A DNA stretch of 64,000 nucleotides, from positions 949 through 64,948 of the IMG/VR virus record IMGVR_UViG_3300047550_006373. One strand, 5' to 3'. Positions 52,101-59,689 of this stretch are shown piece after piece; positions within the stretch are counted from its first letter, which is position 1; the number at the start of each line of letters is the position of its first letter. The translations under genes were made by a program, and so were the position numbers. The notes under the pieces were generated by a model that had not been told where the DNA came from, made no database searches, and saw only the letters and a program-made list of their open reading frames with translations. This DNA is from a virus. Lineage: Duplodnaviria; Caudoviricetes.

Positions 52101-54920
52101 CAGGGTATCTACCAGAGCGATGGAACTCGATGGATGAGAGTTCTTGCAGGTACAACTAGCGCTGGGTCTTATAATGATATCACTCAGGCTAACGATTCAG
52201 CAATCATCTTCAGTGCCGGATCGTCAGGTACGGGAGCTTTCGTTCTTGCTCCATGGACAACCGGTACGAATGGCTTGAGGATGGATTCTTCTGGCAATGT
52301 CGGAATTGGAGAAACTAGTCCGGGGAGTCACTACGGAGAAGCGAATAGACTCGTAGTCAGAAACGACAACAACGGCCTGACAGCCTTGTCCGTGACAAAT
52401 GCCACGGTAGGAACCAGTGCCGTCACCAGAATTGGAATGATAGGTGGAACAGGCTACTCATATGCTCGCCACGAACTCTACGACAACAACGGGTCTCCCT
52501 ATCTCAATTACACCATAGGTCAAGGTGTTAAGTCTTACAACATAAACATGGGTGTTGGTGGTAACACTGCCATGGTTTTGTCTGCAAGCAGCACATCAAC
52601 TACCGTAGGCATTGGAATGACTGCAACTGCTGCTGCTCCCTTTGCAGCGTCAGGGTATGGATGGCTAGCAGTCAATGGAACGGGCGGCGCTGTTCATTCT
52701 CATATTCAAAATGGAAGTGAAATATTCAGGATTCAGTCTGACGGTGGAGCCCACAGCATATTGGGAATCTCAGGCGTTCCCATGGTGTTCAAGACCGTTA
52801 ACAACGAAGCGATGAGGATCGATACCTCGCAGAGAGTCGGCATCGGAACTGCAAGTCCTGGATCGAAACTCCATGTGTGGACCACGTCAGACTACGATGG
52901 GTTGCAAATTGATGGTATAAACGGAGCGGCAACATTCCGATCGTGGTTAAGGTTGTTCCCATCGGGATCTGCAGGTGCATACAATCCGCTTGTGGGTCAA
53001 GGCGATTCTGCGATAATTTTTTCGAGAAACTCAACAGACACTGGAAATCTCGTAATAGCTCCCTGGACGAACTCGACCAATGGAATCAAGATGGACAACA
53101 CTGGTAGAGTTGGCATCGGAACGTCGTCGATGTCCGTAAAACTTGTCGTTCATGCTTCTGACGCTCTCATCAATAGTCACACTGTGGGAAGAGGGAGCGC
53201 TTCGGCTGATAGCACTAACGTTGCGCTTGGATCCGCTGCCAACTCAACAGTAACTTCAGGTCAGTACAACACTGCCGTCGGATTCTATGCCAACAGGCAG
53301 AGCAACGGCGGCGAGAACACTGCAATAGGTTACGTTGCAATGGATGGCAACACTGCTTCCTATAATACTGCTGTAGGGTCTCAGGCTCTCTATGCAGTTA
53401 CATCGGGACCATACAACACAGCTGTTGGTTACAAGTCTCTATATTCTGCAGGTGCATCGAACTACAGTGTAGGTGTAGGTGCAGAAGCAGGTTATGGAGG
53501 CAGCTCTGCAGGAAGAACCGCGATAGGTTATCAAGCCCTTGCAGGTGCAGCTGCAGCATACACGACAGCTGTGGGATACAGATCTCTCAATGCAAATACT
53601 ACGGGAACAGACAACGTTGGATTAGGAGCATACACGCTTGAATTAAACGACACAGGCAATAACAACACGGCGATCGGATCAAATGCTCTTTCAAAGCTCT
53701 CCAAGTACAATAGAAACACTGCTGTTGGCGCATTGGCTATGGCAACATCAACGCAAGGGCAAGACAGCGTTGCCGTTGGATACAAGACGCTTTATTCGAC
53801 AAGCACAGACGTCGCGAATGTCGCAGTAGGTTCATATTCACTTCAAACAGTTGCAGGAGGAAGCTACAACGTAGGAATTGGCTACAGCTCTCTCTACAGT
53901 GTATCCACGGGTGGTTTCAACGTGGCTCTCGGACCACAGGCTGGAACGAGCATCACGTCTGGTGGTGGCAACGTGGTCATAGGTGGGTACGGAGCAGGTG
54001 GATCATTTGCCACACAGACAAACAACATCTTCTTGTCTGACGGAAACGGAAACCTAAGGATGATCATTACGGGATCTACGGGTTTCGTTGGAATAGGAAC
54101 GACACAACCCAATTCAAGCGTGGCCGTATACAACTCGTCAACTAACGGAACTACTTCTGTGGAAGTTCAAGCACCTCCATATAGCGGTGTTAGCTCAAGT
54201 ACAGCTAAATTTTCTCTTTCTATAGCGGGAACAGAATACGGAAGAATGCAAGTTAGGTACGGATTATCGGCACCTGCTGAAACAGTAATTGCAGCAGTCG
54301 GCTCTGGTCAAGCGCTTGCTCTCGAAACAAATTCTGCAAGAGCTGTAACTATTGACACCTCCCAGAGAGTTGGTGTTGGAACAGGAACTCCTGACACGAC
54401 AGCGAACACAAAGCTTCACGTCTACAACGGTAATGCAATTTTTAACAACACGTACGGCGTCAATTGGACTGGTTTGACAGGCCCTACAAACGGAACAAGA
54501 ACAGGACAGACACTAGATCACTACGACTATGGAACTTGGTCCCCTGCTTTCGCAGGTTCTTCAGCAGCAGGCACATATACGCTTGCAAACACAAAAGCCT
54601 ACTATGTAAGAGTCGGAAAGCTGGTCGTTGTTTCTATGTACACCGAGGTAAGCTCTATTGGAACAGCAGGAAGCGGAGATTGGAGAATAACGGGTCTTCC
54701 TTACTCCTCGTCTTCAGGTATCGGCATAGCTTCTGTTGGAAAATATTCAGGATTGGCATCTAACGTCGCGACGATATCAGGTGTGGTTGAAGAAGGAAAT
54801 ACTTACGTTGAAATGTATGTCACTACCGCGAGCGGCGCAGCGAACACAAAGGCCCCCATCGGCACTTATGTTGGAGCAGGCACAAAGATAGCCATGACCA
54901 TCACTTACAGAGTGACATGA
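49164..54920 (+). CDS. giant tail fibre protein 3 (1918 aa) with YadA-head-like repeats
   Basis: GSGLDADLLDG fibre motif, GNVGIGT repeats, a run of about 14-residue NTAVG/NTAIG repeats, terminal LDHYDYGTWSP...YVRVGKLV domain. Confidence 0.8.
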   Translation: MATNFSFNDFLVIDTTGSIGIGSTNPQARLFVTGSNSVTSQTTVIFRPGTSDQLAGAAVLDVQNSGGSSLLFVSGSGNIGIGTTPSYKLDVNGQVRASALVDLQNTSYLVDPASTSVLNLVNATGFYDADGGSARRFVNPGGGSITGTTPSQTGALKIRFPSSRNNSSTMIILTVKIYEYVTGRTQEYRIGGYNYALGNWYNVFAYNLTDSGPNYSIRFGYDGTSDCIWIGETTSTWTYPQAYITEVLTGYSGFSADWSNGWSMSWITTFDTVEQGPYTPNRFWGNSNDGTGSGLDADLLDGYHASSFGLGTGTQNYVAKWTATSNALGNSQIYDDATNVGVGTATTHGKLTIYKDGTGNAEILTLKTTYPSDSTYKSLTWRDGSNITGQIDTRYNGTTVDMVFGSLYNSGYNTTERLRITGAGNIGIGTTNATAKLTISSSTPASIDVGLNRSYTVLNSNTGSINFVSLPSVGTRGTHDYGSIVVKGNSPSGVNDGGSSVFELKVGGASSAATDLGVFLRGEAIAGSSNGPDMVSIFSRSTRGLVVSGTSANVGIGTTIPAYPLHVYRSGLADGSTNTHLMFDGKFSAAGIDQNDMIGMSSRLENSGGGSQTTFNIGFSYQAGANAILLQPTSGYVGIGTNNPSSKLHVVSGDIRFDNTYGVIGATNTAGYVLRADGTRFVPAQLSYSDLSTTNMPVRTASYTSITGVTGDWFPIFKFGNNDNTGAAICTLTTAAHSSVTFTVSKGWVGSDVYAINVLNCIVNENGGFPAVREVRIIRDTVSTYDGWVEARLYWSSGPTVLVKATVMTSPVGDITFAASLATSAATVGGTVSVGDSVAFSATNYNIMRAKGNIITPSKIGIGTTDPSYKLSIYDSSQDQIYIRGTSTSRSGIRIDNTAGYQSQILLADGGTDKWQFGKQTDNTFFLYDATATKNIIQGTYRNLGRSDISLVPYQDGRAGIGTDPSTNGKLEIYATGSAQGIYQSDGTRWMRVLAGTTSAGSYNDITQANDSAIIFSAGSSGTGAFVLAPWTTGTNGLRMDSSGNVGIGETSPGSHYGEANRLVVRNDNNGLTALSVTNATVGTSAVTRIGMIGGTGYSYARHELYDNNGSPYLNYTIGQGVKSYNINMGVGGNTAMVLSASSTSTTVGIGMTATAAAPFAASGYGWLAVNGTGGAVHSHIQNGSEIFRIQSDGGAHSILGISGVPMVFKTVNNEAMRIDTSQRVGIGTASPGSKLHVWTTSDYDGLQIDGINGAATFRSWLRLFPSGSAGAYNPLVGQGDSAIIFSRNSTDTGNLVIAPWTNSTNGIKMDNTGRVGIGTSSMSVKLVVHASDALINSHTVGRGSASADSTNVALGSAANSTVTSGQYNTAVGFYANRQSNGGENTAIGYVAMDGNTASYNTAVGSQALYAVTSGPYNTAVGYKSLYSAGASNYSVGVGAEAGYGGSSAGRTAIGYQALAGAAAAYTTAVGYRSLNANTTGTDNVGLGAYTLELNDTGNNNTAIGSNALSKLSKYNRNTAVGALAMATSTQGQDSVAVGYKTLYSTSTDVANVAVGSYSLQTVAGGSYNVGIGYSSLYSVSTGGFNVALGPQAGTSITSGGGNVVIGGYGAGGSFATQTNNIFLSDGNGNLRMIITGSTGFVGIGTTQPNSSVAVYNSSTNGTTSVEVQAPPYSGVSSSTAKFSLSIAGTEYGRMQVRYGLSAPAETVIAAVGSGQALALETNSARAVTIDTSQRVGVGTGTPDTTANTKLHVYNGNAIFNNTYGVNWTGLTGPTNGTRTGQTLDHYDYGTWSPAFAGSSAAGTYTLANTKAYYVRVGKLVVVSMYTEVSSIGTAGSGDWRITGLPYSSSSGIGIASVGKYSGLASNVATISGVVEEGNTYVEMYVTTASGAANTKAPIGTYVGAGTKIAMTITYRVT

Positions 54921-54943
54921 GATAAATTAGAAAAAGGAAATTT

Positions 54944-55201
54944 ATGTACGCCACTATACAGCCACTAAGCTACAGGCAAGGAAACGCAACAATTCTCTCA
55001 ATAACTCAGACGAGCGTTGATCTGAGTAGAGGAGCAGCTGTGAGCTGGTCACTCATGAACGAAGACAGAACAGTCCTGTTTGAGCACGGAACCAGTCTGC
55101 TTGGAGGTGAAGAGTATTCGTCTTGGCTCGGAGATGACGAGTACGTCATGAGATGGCTTGCAGAAAAATTAAGTGTTACTATCGTTGAGATACACACCTA
55201 A
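54944..55201 (+). CDS. small fibre-associated protein (possible assembly chaperone), paralog of 55956-56261
   Basis: AAGGA ribosome-binding site; follows the fibre gene; aligns with 55956-56261 (MYA.I.P..YR.G.A; L.GEEY..W...D.YV..WLA..L..TI). Confidence 0.6.
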   Translation: MYATIQPLSYRQGNATILSITQTSVDLSRGAAVSWSLMNEDRTVLFEHGTSLLGGEEYSSWLGDDEYVMRWLAEKLSVTIVEIHT

Positions 55202-55222
55202 TTCTTGATTAATATTTCTGCG

Positions 55223-55933
55223 ATGGAGCAGATAAAAAAGATCATAGAGGTTGGCTGTAGAGGACTAGCAAAAGATCCTGTCTCGCTGTCTGAGATAGTC
55301 ACGAGAGAAGAAAAAGAAATCTATCTCGTGTCAGATGCTGACTGTCCTACGTACAGCTTCTTGATGATACTTTCAGACAAGAGGAGCAAGAAGAACAATC
55401 ACAAAAATTTAGGTCTCTATTCGGGGGTGATTGAACATTCCCCCAAGACAAATTTGAGTCTCGATGGAATCTTCTCCGTTAAAAAACATCACGCCGGCGG
55501 CTACGAAGCTGTATATCTTTGGGCGAACTCACCGATTGAGGCAACAATACTCTACTGTCTTGGATTGAGAGTATGGAAGAAAATATCCTCTGACAGAGGA
55601 GACTCTCCTGCTGTCAATTCTGTGCTAGATAGACTTAGAAAGACAGATGGTAACAATCTAGAAAATGAGTACAACATTCGAGCTGGACTGGAGAGTCTCC
55701 CGTATGGAAGAGACGTGAAGATTATTGCTCTTGGATCGGCTGGTTCTTACGATCTTATGCAAGATGAACCAAGCTACGTTATTGCTGAAAGAATTGCAGA
55801 AGCAAACAGGGACATGTATCTTCGACATGATTCGGCTTTCGACGAGATGCACAGAATAGCAAAGCTATTTGGTCTGTCCCTGCCCGCAAATCAGAAAGAC
55901 TGGGAAAACAAATCAAACTTCGATAATAAATAA
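55223..55933 (+). CDS. hypothetical protein
   Basis: Long ORF between the two paralogs; ATG 55223 is in frame with the TTG at 55205. No family recognised. Confidence 0.5.
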   Translation: MEQIKKIIEVGCRGLAKDPVSLSEIVTREEKEIYLVSDADCPTYSFLMILSDKRSKKNNHKNLGLYSGVIEHSPKTNLSLDGIFSVKKHHAGGYEAVYLWANSPIEATILYCLGLRVWKKISSDRGDSPAVNSVLDRLRKTDGNNLENEYNIRAGLESLPYGRDVKIIALGSAGSYDLMQDEPSYVIAERIAEANRDMYLRHDSAFDEMHRIAKLFGLSLPANQKDWENKSNFDNK

Positions 55934-55955
55934 CATAGCGAAAGGCCAAACATAA

Positions 55956-56261
55956 ATGTACGCAAAGATCGAACCAATCACATACAGAACAGGACAGGCG
56001 AAGTGCATCGTCGTAAGAAACACATCGGTACAGCTTGGAAGCCGAGCCGTCGTTGAGTGGTCGCTCATGGGAGATCAAGAGACGGATCGTAGAGACTATG
56101 AATCGGGAGGAACTCAGCTCTCAGGCGAGGAATATCTTGCGTGGGGTCAAAGCGACGACTACGTATACGAGTGGCTCGCCGCACAACTCAATCTCACAAT
56201 AACGTCTATAGAGAGCGGAAGCTACTGGGACAACCCACCAGCCCCACCTCCCGCTGCGTGA
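55956..56261 (+). CDS. small fibre-associated protein, paralog of 54944-55201
   Basis: Same pattern as its paralog plus a Pro-rich tail (NPPAPPPAA). Confidence 0.6.
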   Translation: MYAKIEPITYRTGQAKCIVVRNTSVQLGSRAVVEWSLMGDQETDRRDYESGGTQLSGEEYLAWGQSDDYVYEWLAAQLNLTITSIESGSYWDNPPAPPPAA

Positions 56262-56279
56262 TTTACTGTCACTTAATGA

Positions 56280-56807
56280 CTAGCTGAGGACATCGCCTAT
56301 GACGATGTCCTCTTCTGTTTCTTGCTGCAAAAGACCCAGACCCAGCTGAGGATCTAGAAATAACTTTGTAAAATCAAACTTAGAAACAATCTTTCCCTTG
56401 ACTTGAGTTATTTTTATACCTTCAGGTGTAATCTTAGCATTCCAGGGAACAGCATCAGAAGTCGTCCAGCCTGAATACACTTCCATGAGACCCATTTTTT
56501 CCTCTGTGCCTTTGAGAGGTGTAATTTTACCAATTCTAACCTTGTCGTATTTGTCAAAGATTCCGCCTCTTCTCAGGTATTCTTGTGGATCGTCCGAATC
56601 TCCATCGTCAAAGATCCACTCAGACCCAACCCACTCTACTTCGAGAATCTCTCCGCGGTTCAGAGACACAATTTTTCTGTATTCTTCTTCAAATCCGTCC
56701 GGGTATGGAGGCTCATCTTTTAGATAATAGGCAGACTCTACAGAGTCATACAACGTGAAAGATACAGGTGACGAACCTCGTTTTAGACTAAGCTGAACTT
56801 TCTTCAC
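56280..56807 (-). CDS. hypothetical acidic protein
   Basis: 175-aa ORF with a GTG start after GAGG; no family recognised. Confidence 0.55.
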   Translation of the reverse strand: MKKVQLSLKRGSSPVSFTLYDSVESAYYLKDEPPYPDGFEEEYRKIVSLNRGEILEVEWVGSEWIFDDGDSDDPQEYLRRGGIFDKYDKVRIGKITPLKGTEEKMGLMEVYSGWTTSDAVPWNAKITPEGIKITQVKGKIVSKFDFTKLFLDPQLGLGLLQQETEEDIVIGDVLS

Positions 56808-56831
56808 GTTTTCCTCGACATTGTAAGTATT

Positions 56832-57452
56832 CTACAAGGAAACTCGAATCTCGCTAGCCATCAATAATTCGTATTTCTTCTTGAGGACCTTTCCAATACC
56901 AGGATTCACCTTCAGTGCCTCGGGAACGATCGCCATTCGAATGAGGTTGCGCATGTACTTAGGATCGCTGTTGGACTCGTCCTCGATCCACGTGAGATTC
57001 CTCCTCGAAGCCCAGGATCGGATCTCCTCCTTCGGTGTGACCAAGAACGGACGGATCACATTTCCACGAGAATAAGGAATCAACTTGGATTCTCCGTGAA
57101 GTGAGGTGAAGATCCACGTCTCGATCGCGTCACCCAGGTGGTGACCCGTCACCACAGGACCTCCCAGGGAGTCCAGGAATGTGTACCGTTCATTCCTCCA
57201 AAATTCCTCGGGGGAAACGTCCTTGGATTTCTTGGAATTAATCCGTCCAATCCTGAGGGGTACGTGGCGTTCCTCCGCGAATTTTCGAACAAACTCCTCG
57301 GCACGTTCGGAGTTGATCGTTCCGTGGTGGAAGAACGCGAGGGTCACGTCACGTTTTCCGTTCAAAAGAAAGTCGGAGATCACCACGGAATCGATGCCAC
57401 CTGAGAAGGCGATTGTACACTTCCGCGGAAGATCCCCGATAAACTTCAGCAT
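56832..57452 (-). CDS. tilS: tRNA(Ile)-lysidine synthetase, minimal catalytic-domain form
   Basis: PP-loop AFSGGIDS, FHHG, EEFWRNERY, TGHHLGDAIET, IRPFL, WIEDESN...YMRNLIR. GAGG ribosome-binding site. 20 nt from a CAU tRNA. Confidence 0.9.
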   Translation of the reverse strand: MLKFIGDLPRKCTIAFSGGIDSVVISDFLLNGKRDVTLAFFHHGTINSERAEEFVRKFAEERHVPLRIGRINSKKSKDVSPEEFWRNERYTFLDSLGGPVVTGHHLGDAIETWIFTSLHGESKLIPYSRGNVIRPFLVTPKEEIRSWASRRNLTWIEDESNSDPKYMRNLIRMAIVPEALKVNPGIGKVLKKKYELLMASEIRVSL

Positions 57453-57472
57453 GACTTCCTCTTAGAAAATAG

Positions 57473-57546
57473 TGGAACCACTCGGACTTGAACCGAGAGC
57501 CGGCTGATTATGAGTCAGATGCTCTAACCTATTGAGCTATGGTTCC
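57473..57546 (-). tRNA. tRNA with CAU anticodon, most likely tRNA-Ile2 (lysidine substrate)
   Basis: GGAACCATAGCTCAATAGGTTAGAGCATCTGACTCATAATCAGCCGGCTCTCGGTTCAAGTCCGAGTGGTTCCA folds as a cloverleaf. Paired G1-C72 and no triple G-C anticodon stem, so not an initiator. Loop CTCATAA, A73, CCA not encoded. Adjacent to tilS. Confidence 0.85.
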
Positions 57547-57558
57547 GTTGAATATCAG

Positions 57559-57640
57559 TACCGCCCGTGGGAGTTGAACCCACATGCCTTTCGGCGCCGG
57601 GATTTGAATCCGGAGTGTATGCCAGTTCCACCAGAGCGGC
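57559..57640 (-). tRNA. tRNA-Leu(CAA)
   Basis: GCCGCTCTGGTGGAACTGGCATACACTCCGGATTCAAATCCCGGCGCCGAAAGGCATGTGGGTTCAACTCCCACGGGCGGTA; long variable arm (GCC-GAAA-GGC), loop TTCAAAT, A73, A31-C39 mismatch. Confidence 0.85.
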
Positions 57641-57652
57641 CTTGATGATATT

Positions 57653-57682
57653 AACTTACCCTATACTGAGCTAACTTTACAA
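57653..57682 (-). promoter_or_regulatory. possible sigma70-type promoter for the tRNA-Leu, tRNA-Ile2, tilS unit
   Basis: On the minus strand TTGTAA, 18-nt spacer, TAAGTT, ending 12 nt before the tRNA-Leu 5' end. Same -35 hexamer as at 10697. Confidence 0.4.
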
Positions 57683-58063
57683 TAACTTTAAGTTACGAGT
57701 TATCTCATCGATCTTTCGTGAATCGTCGGGACCAATAGCGACGCAAAGAGTCTCTGTGCCGCCCTCTTCGTCAAACATTTTTCCTTCCACGGGATAACAC
57801 TGAAGACCAGCAAGTTCCGCCTTAAAAGTTAAACTTTTAAGAGTTGTCTCCGATCCTACGCCCAAAACTACGCGAATAGAGCCGCTGTTGATCCAGTCTG
57901 TCTCTTCGGGAGTGAGCCTGACTGAAAGAGTGTCGCCCCGCTCAGATTCGTCATTCACTAGAAAAAATTCTGTAGAAGCCTTTGCAACCAGAGAGGCAAC
58001 CTGGGATTTTTTCATCTTCAGATCTTGACGTACAAGGATAACTTGTTTCAGATCGCTGGGCAT
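57677..58063 (-). CDS. peptidyl-tRNA hydrolase 2 (Pth2)-like protein with degenerate active site
   Basis: KQVILVRQDLKM, W...G..RVVL, LCVAIGP...IDEITRNLKLL. AGGAGG ribosome-binding site. GKxAAQxxH and DAGxT motifs are altered. Confidence 0.8.
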   Translation of the reverse strand: MPSDLKQVILVRQDLKMKKSQVASLVAKASTEFFLVNDESERGDTLSVRLTPEETDWINSGSIRVVLGVGSETTLKSLTFKAELAGLQCYPVEGKMFDEEGGTETLCVAIGPDDSRKIDEITRNLKLL

Positions 58064-58198
58064 AACTGACCTCCTAACTTCTACATCTACTCTAATTTAA
58101 ATTGTCTGGGAGAAAGTGGTAAAATTTTCTTATGCAAACGTTTGTTGAATCGAAATTTCTACTAATCATAAGTAATCACAACAACGGAGATCATCACC

Positions 58199-59269
58199 AT
58201 GAAAGATAATAAGAAGTTTGCATTAGTTCTTTCAGGGGGAGGCGTAAAAGGAGCCTGGGAGGCTGGATTCCTAAAGTACATAGCAGAGAGATGGGGGCAT
58301 AAATTTGAAACAGTTTCGGGAGCTTCTATTGGGGCTCTCAATGGTCTAGTTTATTGTGCTGCAGCTCACGATGAAAAGAAGCTGCCTGATGCAATTGTGG
58401 ATCCGTGGAACAAAATAAGCTTTGGACAGGTCGCAAAGGTTCCGTGGAGTGATATATTCCATCTAAGATTCTATTCCGTACTCGATAACTCTCCGCTGCT
58501 AGAATTTGTGAATAAAAATCTTAATCTGGAACAATATAGAAAAAACATAGACACAGGAATCGTTACTGCAAACGTTCTTGCGACTACAGAACTTACTTCC
58601 AAACGTCTTCACATGTGGGTAGACTCTAAGGACAATAAAACATACGATTCTCCGGCGTGGATCACAAAGAAGCAGGAGCTGAATGGAACACACGCTGTCG
58701 CTTCAGGCGCTGTACCAATTGCCTTTAGATCACAACAACTGGGCGACGGCGGATGGCACGTGGACGGTGGTCTTTGTGAGAACACACCTATAGCACCCAT
58801 CCTGATGTCTTTCTATGATGATCGTACGGACAATCCTGACACGACTAACGATCCAAAGGTAAAGATACTAGTATTGACACTTCCCGAACCAGACGTCCAG
58901 CAGGAGTGGACAAGAGAACCTACGATTCTTACTCAAACATCACGCATGTTTGAAGCTCTCACTGTCAATCAAATCATGCAAGATGTTGCGAAGGCAAAGG
59001 CAATCAACGACTTCCTCGACACCCTTGGTACAGAATCTTACGGAAAGTACAGAAAACTAGACCTTCTTGTGGTAAGGCCCTCGACTTCTCTAGATGCTCT
59101 AGCTGGTAGTGTACAGAAAGAAATTGCGTGGGGACTGTTCCCAACTAACTGGATATCTTCTCTCTCTTTTCTATTGATATTTCAACCTTATGTACAGGTC
59201 TTACTTAAGGCGGGATACGCCGAGGCCGAGAAGATGCACGATCAACTGGAGGAGTTCTTCAACTCCTGA
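58199..59269 (+). CDS. patatin-like phospholipase
   Basis: LVLSGGGVKG (oxyanion loop), GASIG (nucleophile), ASGAVP, VDGG; GGAG ribosome-binding site. Confidence 0.9.
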   Translation: MKDNKKFALVLSGGGVKGAWEAGFLKYIAERWGHKFETVSGASIGALNGLVYCAAAHDEKKLPDAIVDPWNKISFGQVAKVPWSDIFHLRFYSVLDNSPLLEFVNKNLNLEQYRKNIDTGIVTANVLATTELTSKRLHMWVDSKDNKTYDSPAWITKKQELNGTHAVASGAVPIAFRSQQLGDGGWHVDGGLCENTPIAPILMSFYDDRTDNPDTTNDPKVKILVLTLPEPDVQQEWTREPTILTQTSRMFEALTVNQIMQDVAKAKAINDFLDTLGTESYGKYRKLDLLVVRPSTSLDALAGSVQKEIAWGLFPTNWISSLSFLLIFQPYVQVLLKAGYAEAEKMHDQLEEFFNS

Positions 59270-59688
59270 CGAACCTCCATCAGGATCTTACCGAGGAGGT
59301 TGGCGCCGGCGCCCCTGCATACGCCCCACACACGATCATTCCAGCTGTTGTTATGCACCAATTCGGCATCACCTGTCTTCAAGAGTAGGTCGGCCAGGAA
59401 CGGTGATTCAAACTTCTTTCGGATGAAGTCCCGCATCAACCCCTCCTTCACCGCATCCCAATCAGGTCGCATCTCAACGCCTCTCCCAAGCTTTTTGGCC
59501 ATGGCAGGATCCTTGGCCTTTCGAATCATCTCTCGAGATTCCTCATTGAGGGTCTTGTGGGCCTGGTATGCATGCTCGACAGTGGGGTAACTTTTCCCGT
59601 CTATCCATATCGTTGACGGATGGAAATTGGACAGAAAAGCGTATCCTGATGCTAATGTGAACGAATCGATTATTTTTCTATCGGTCAT
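59242..59688 (-). CDS. NADAR (YbiA/RibX) family protein
   Basis: FLSNFHPS, YPTVEHAYQAHK, AKKLGR, DWD, LLKTGDAELV, DRVWG, NLLGKILMEVR. ATG 59688 chosen because the longer start runs through a tRNA-like element. Confidence 0.88.
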   Translation of the reverse strand: MTDRKIIDSFTLASGYAFLSNFHPSTIWIDGKSYPTVEHAYQAHKTLNEESREMIRKAKDPAMAKKLGRGVEMRPDWDAVKEGLMRDFIRKKFESPFLADLLLKTGDAELVHNNSWNDRVWGVCRGAGANLLGKILMEVRQELKNSSS

Positions 59689-59689
59689 C

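Noticed and set aside
57473-57546. tRNA-Met or tRNA-fMet call for the CAU tRNA
   Set aside because: It lacks initiator features (no 1-72 mismatch, no three G-C pairs in the anticodon stem) and is adjacent to tilS. Elongator Met cannot be formally excluded without covariance-model scoring.
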